Shown here: piece after piece, positions 60,141 to 64,000 of the stretch
Numbering within the stretch: position 1 is the first letter of the stretch
Layout: the number at the start of each line of letters is the position of its first letter
Assembly (NCBI GenBank): GCA_903959175.1
Contig: CAJBVW010000342.1
Span: forward strand, 23,432 to 87,431
Source of the DNA: an uncultured Pseudomonadota bacterium
GTDB lineage: Bacteria; Myxococcota_A; UBA796; SXON01
Reading direction: 5' to 3'
DNA length: 64,000 nucleotides
The notes under the pieces: generated by a model
The model's input: only the letters and a program-made list of their open reading frames with translations
Database searches by the model: none
Told to the model about the DNA's origin: nothing
Position numbers and translations under genes: made by a program

Positions 60141-61988
60141 ATGTACCGCGCCGGCCTCCCGCTGATCCTCCTGGCCCTGATCGGTTGCGACGTCGACAAC
60201 GACCTCACGACCAAGAAAGAGGCCTACGACGACGTCCCCGTGATGGTCGTCGAGCCCGGCCAGCTCGACTTCGGCGGGCTCGGCAGCGGCGAGTCGAGCG
60301 TCCGCAGCTTCGAGATCCGGAACGACGGCGGGGTGCCCCTCGACATCACCGAGGTCCGCATCGAGGGCGCGACTGGGTTCACGCTGCTCACGACGGCCAC
60401 CGGCATCATCGAGCCCGAGTCCTCCCTCACCGTCGACGTGATGTACGAGCCCACGAACCTCACGGACTCCGCCACCATCCGCATCTTCGGCGACGACGCG
60501 AGCAACCCCGAGGACCAGGTCTCCCTCTCCGGTCAGTGGCTCCTCCCCATCCTCGCCATCTCGCCCGACCCCTACGAGTTCGGCGGCGTGCCCTTCGGCT
60601 GCCTCACCGGCAAGACGCTGATGCTCGAAAACATCGGCAGCGACACGCTCGTCATCGACAGCATCCTCGGCATGGGCGAGGGCTACTCGCTCCCCGCTGT
60701 CCCCACCCTGCCGCTCGAGATCGCCCCCGGCGACAGCGTCCCCCTCCAGCTCCTCTACGAGACATCCTCGGCCGACCTCCAAACCGGCCAGGTGTGGGTC
60801 GGCAGCAACGACCCCTCCGGCGCCAAGGTCGCGACCCAGTCCGGCTGGGGCGTCGTCGGAGACTGCGTGGAGGTCGAGGTCCCCGAGAACGAGTCCGTGG
60901 ACGTCGAGCTCGCCTTCACGGTCGAGGCCGGCCTCGCCGACATCGCCTTCGCGCTCGACACCACCAGCTCCATGTCGGGCCTCGCCCTCGCGATGGCGAG
61001 CGAGTTCCGCAACATCGTGAGCGACCTCGACGACCTCTTCAGCGACGCCACCTACGGCGTCGCCACCTACGACGACTACGCCGAGTCCCCCTACGGCGCG
61101 CGCGGCACGGACCTCCCCTTCATCCTGCGCCAACAGCAGACGGAGGACGTGTCCGCCGTCCAGACCGCGCTCTCGACCGAGGTCGAGATCCACTACGGCG
61201 ACGACACCCCCGAGAGCACGATGGAGGCGCTCTACCAGGGCCTCACCGGCGTCGGCTACGACCAGAACTGCAACGGCACCTACAACGTCGACACGGACGT
61301 GCTCCCCTTCATGGCCAGCGCGACCGACCTCTTCGACGGCCTCGCCGGCGAGTCGTTCAACGGCAGCACGCTCGGCGGCGGCGAGATCGGCGGCTTCGGC
61401 TTCCGCGAGAACATGCTCCCCATCATCGTCTACGCGACGGACGCCCCCCTCCGCGACGCCGACAGCAGCGAGTTCTCCACCCCCGGCAGCGCCTGCCACA
61501 ACGCCGGCCACGCCGACGTGGTCAACGCCGCGAACGCCGTGAACGCCAAGCTCATCGGCGTCGGCGTCAACGTGCTGACCTACGAGTCGACCTACGCCCA
61601 GATGGAGGACCTCGCCGCCGCCACCGGCTCCTACGCCGACCTCGACGGCGACGGCACGACCGAGCCCGCCATCGTCACCTGGTCCGGCACGAGCGCGCAA
61701 TTCCGGGAGGACGTCGTCGGCGCCATCGAGCAGCTCGTCGCCGCGATGGACTACGAGAAGATCGAGCTCATCGCCGCGGACGACACCCTCGGCTTCGTCA
61801 AGGAGATCGCGCCCGCCGCCTACTTCGACGTGAGCAGCGGCGAGACCGTCACCTTCACCGTCACGCTCGAGGGTGCGCTCCCCGCGCACGACTACGAGCA
61901 GGCCAACCAGCTCACGTTCTACCTCGTGGGCGACGACGTGACGCTCCTGCACACGTACACCGTGACGATCATCACGCCGACGAACTGA
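60141..61988 (+). CDS. Lipoprotein with two Ig-like (ASH-like) modules and a von Willebrand A-like domain
   Basis: ATG 60141 gives lipobox MYRAGLPLILLALIGC. Two LDFGG.....S.R.FEI.N.G..PL.I modules. MIDAS-like ADIAFALDTTSSMSG and a later IVYATDAP. 615 aa. The ORF-track 5' extension from 59766 is antisense to scoA. Confidence 0.75.
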   Translation: MYRAGLPLILLALIGCDVDNDLTTKKEAYDDVPVMVVEPGQLDFGGLGSGESSVRSFEIRNDGGVPLDITEVRIEGATGFTLLTTATGIIEPESSLTVDVMYEPTNLTDSATIRIFGDDASNPEDQVSLSGQWLLPILAISPDPYEFGGVPFGCLTGKTLMLENIGSDTLVIDSILGMGEGYSLPAVPTLPLEIAPGDSVPLQLLYETSSADLQTGQVWVGSNDPSGAKVATQSGWGVVGDCVEVEVPENESVDVELAFTVEAGLADIAFALDTTSSMSGLALAMASEFRNIVSDLDDLFSDATYGVATYDDYAESPYGARGTDLPFILRQQQTEDVSAVQTALSTEVEIHYGDDTPESTMEALYQGLTGVGYDQNCNGTYNVDTDVLPFMASATDLFDGLAGESFNGSTLGGGEIGGFGFRENMLPIIVYATDAPLRDADSSEFSTPGSACHNAGHADVVNAANAVNAKLIGVGVNVLTYESTYAQMEDLAAATGSYADLDGDGTTEPAIVTWSGTSAQFREDVVGAIEQLVAAMDYEKIELIAADDTLGFVKEIAPAAYFDVSSGETVTFTVTLEGALPAHDYEQANQLTFYLVGDDVTLLHTYTVTIITPTN

Positions 61989-62058
61989 GCGGGCATCTCC
62001 GTCTTCTTCTTGGGGCGGGGGGCCGGCCCCCCGCAACGCCCCCCGGAGACCGCGCTCG

Positions 62059-63537
62059 CTACTCCATCCGGTAGTTCGGGCTCTCCCGCGTGATGATTAC
62101 GTCGTGGACGTGGCTCTCGCGCAGGCCCGCCGCGGTCATGCGGACGAAGCGCGCGTTCGCCTTCATGTCGGCGATCGTCGCGTTGCCGGTGTACCCCATC
62201 GAGGCCTTGAGGCCACCGACGAGCTGGTAGACGGTGTCCGACACGGGGCCCTTGTAGGGCACGCGGCCGACGATGCCCTCGGGGACGAGCTTGCGGGTCT
62301 CCGCCTCGGGATCGCCGGCGGCGTCGTCCTGGAAGTAGCGGTCGGAGCTGCCGGCCTTCATGGCCTCGACCGAGCCCATGCCGCGGTAGTTCTTGTACGA
62401 GCGGCCCTGGTAGAGCACGAGGTCTCCGGGAGCCTCGTCCGTGCCGGCGAAGAGCGAGCCGATCATCACGGCGTCCGCGCCGGCGGCGAAGGCCTTGGCG
62501 ACGTCGCCGCTGTACTTGATGCCGCCGTCCGCGATGAGGGGGATGCCGTGCTTCGCGGCGACCTTCGAGCACTCGGAGATCGCGGTGAGCTGGGGTACGC
62601 CCACGCCGGCGACCACGCGGGTCGTGCAGATGGAGCCGGGGCCGATGCCGACCTTGACGGCGTCCGCGCCCGCGGCGATCACGGCCTCGCACGCGGCGGC
62701 GGTGGCGATGTTGCCGACGATGAGCGGCAGATCGGGCCAGGCGGCGCGGAGGGCGCGGGCGGCCTGGAGGACCCCCTCGGAGTGGCCGTGGGCCGTGTCG
62801 ATGACGATGAGGTCCACCCCGGCTTCGACCAGGGCGGCGATGCGCTCGTCCTTGTCGGCGCCGACGCCGATGGCGGCGCCGCAGCGGAGGCGGCCGCGGG
62901 CGTCACGGGCGGCGAGCGGGTGGCGGGTGTGGGCCTCGAGGTCCTTGAAGGTGATGAGGCCGCTGAGCGTGCCGTCGGCCTCCACCACGAGGAGCTTCTC
63001 GACGCGGTGCTCCTGCATCAGGTCGCGGGCTGCCTCCAGGTCCGTGCCGGGGGCGCAGGTGACGAGCCCCTCGCGGGTCATCGCGTCCGCCACGGAGCGA
63101 TCGAGGTTGCGCTCGTAGCGAAGGTCGCGGTTGGTGAGGATGCCGACCACGCGCTTGCCTTCCACGATGGGGAGGCCGTTGATGCCGCGCTCGCGCATGA
63201 GCGAGCGCGCCTCGCGCAGGGTGCTGCCGGGCCCCAGCGTGACGGGATCGCGGATGACCCCGGTCATCGCCTTCTTGACCTTGCGGACCTCGCGGGCCTG
63301 GGCGGCGCACGACATGTTCTTGTGGAGGATGCCGATGGCGCCGAGGCGCGCCATCGCGATGCCCATCTCCGCCTCGGTCACCGTGTCCATCGCGGAGGAC
63401 AGCAACGGCACGTTCAACGTGATGTCCCGGCAGAGCCGGGTGCGCACGTCGGCGTCGCGCGGGAGGAGATGGCTGTGCCCCGGGAGGAGGAGCACGTCGT
63501 CGAAGGTCAACGCGAGGGGGGTCTCGTCGAGCAGCAT
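62059..63537 (-). CDS. guaB: IMP dehydrogenase
   Basis: ATG 63537 (492 aa). [11 protein letters not shown] start, CBS pair, catalytic loop [22 protein letters not shown], and YRGMGS ... ESHVHDV end. Confidence 0.95.
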   Translation of the reverse strand: MLLDETPLALTFDDVLLLPGHSHLLPRDADVRTRLCRDITLNVPLLSSAMDTVTEAEMGIAMARLGAIGILHKNMSCAAQAREVRKVKKAMTGVIRDPVTLGPGSTLREARSLMRERGINGLPIVEGKRVVGILTNRDLRYERNLDRSVADAMTREGLVTCAPGTDLEAARDLMQEHRVEKLLVVEADGTLSGLITFKDLEAHTRHPLAARDARGRLRCGAAIGVGADKDERIAALVEAGVDLIVIDTAHGHSEGVLQAARALRAAWPDLPLIVGNIATAAACEAVIAAGADAVKVGIGPGSICTTRVVAGVGVPQLTAISECSKVAAKHGIPLIADGGIKYSGDVAKAFAAGADAVMIGSLFAGTDEAPGDLVLYQGRSYKNYRGMGSVEAMKAGSSDRYFQDDAAGDPEAETRKLVPEGIVGRVPYKGPVSDTVYQLVGGLKASMGYTGNATIADMKANARFVRMTAAGLRESHVHDVIITRESPNYRME

Positions 63538-63601
63538 GGCGGCGTCTAACCGCGGGGCCTCCCGGGCGGGAGGGTGAACCGGCGCGCAAGGCGCGCGGAG
63601 C

Positions 63602-63630
63602 GTTGACAATCGTGCCTCCGGCCCGTAAAA
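63602..63630 (+). promoter_or_regulatory. Candidate sigma70-type promoter for the lipoprotein gene at 63679
   Basis: Perfect -35 TTGACA (63602-63607), 17-nt spacer, TAAAAC (63625-63630). A GGAG lies 7 nt before ATG 63679. Confidence 0.4.
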
Positions 63631-63678
63631 CCGACCCGATTCCACCTCTGTCGCGGCTCGTCGCACCCGGAGCACCCC

Positions 63679-64000
63679 ATGCGCTTCCTCCCCCTCCTCG
63701 TCCTCCTCGCCTGCGGCAAGCAGATCGGCTCCTATGAGGTCGAGGCCCCTACCGCCGCCACCGCCTCCGTCGACCAGAAGAGCGCCTTGAAGGCCGAGGC
63801 CGACGCGCTTTGGGCGGAGCGCGGCGACAAGGCCAAGCTCCAGGCCGCGCTGGTCAAGTACGAGGCCGTCTACGCCCTCGACGCGAAGGACCGCGACGTT
63901 GCCGGCCGCCTCGTGCGGGGCTGGTACTTCCTCGGGGACGGGCACGAGACCGAGAAGGACGCCAAGCTCTCCGCGTGGTCCACCTCGATCGAGTGGGGCA
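63679..64000 (+). CDS. Lipoprotein, N-terminal fragment (3' end off-window), helical/TPR-like
   Basis: Not in the ORF track because it has no stop in the window. Hand translation: [24 protein letters not shown]...[46 protein letters not shown]... with lipobox LLAC. The frame is open to the window end. Confidence 0.6.
   Translation, partial: MRFLPLLVLLACGKQIGSYEVEAPTAATASVDQKSALKAEADALWAERGDKAKLQAALVKYEAVYALDAKDRDVAGRLVRGWYFLGDGHETEKDAKLSAWSTSIEWG

Noticed and set aside
58586-62074. 1162-aa plus-strand ORF
   Set aside because: It is extremely Arg/Pro/His-rich. It overlaps scoB/scoA in antisense (both have catalytic motifs) and an alternative frame of the vWA lipoprotein gene.

Overview
Very GC-rich, densely coding bacterial chromosomal segment: about 50 protein genes on both strands and one tRNA, with no rRNA, CRISPR array or recognisable mobile element. 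Because of the GC bias, almost every real gene is shadowed by long spurious ORFs in other frames. Calls were made by eye from motif content, signal peptides and lipoboxes, Shine-Dalgarno context and 4-nt start/stop overlaps. No database search was possible, so every family assignment is recollection-based. The gene content suggests a myxobacterium (inference): a PEGA protein, MopE/thrombospondin-type Asp-Cys repeat lipoproteins, a eukaryotic-like Ser/Thr kinase, a long S41 protease, AgmX/PglI-type tails and many TPR proteins. Layout, 1-36.6 kb: selB; a Ser/Thr kinase, PEGA protein and giant repeat lipoprotein; an SPFH protein; a larB-larC operon; an S41 protease; a long minus-strand envelope operon (GT2, GT4, PBP1A, lipoprotein, ispA-like, tlyA, repeat lipoprotein); alpha-2-macroglobulin plus pbpC; tRNA-Cys. 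36.6-42.4 kb: exbB-exbD-tonB plus an Oar-like TonB-dependent receptor that carries its own TonB-C-like domain. 42.9-57.7 kb is the most interesting part. It is a contiguous same-strand gene set whose order, sizes and architectures match the Myxococcus Glt (gliding) / Nfs (spore-coat) trans-envelope machine: two OM barrels, three TPR proteins, a tiny secreted protein, an FHA/TonB-like protein, an extra FHA-less paralogue, a third OM barrel and an Ig-repeat lipoprotein. Strong intrinsic terminators cut it into four units, and it contains a repeat-bearing leader region. 57.8-64 kb: an orphan ribosomal protein L3 gene, scoAB, a vWA lipoprotein, guaB and a truncated lipoprotein gene.
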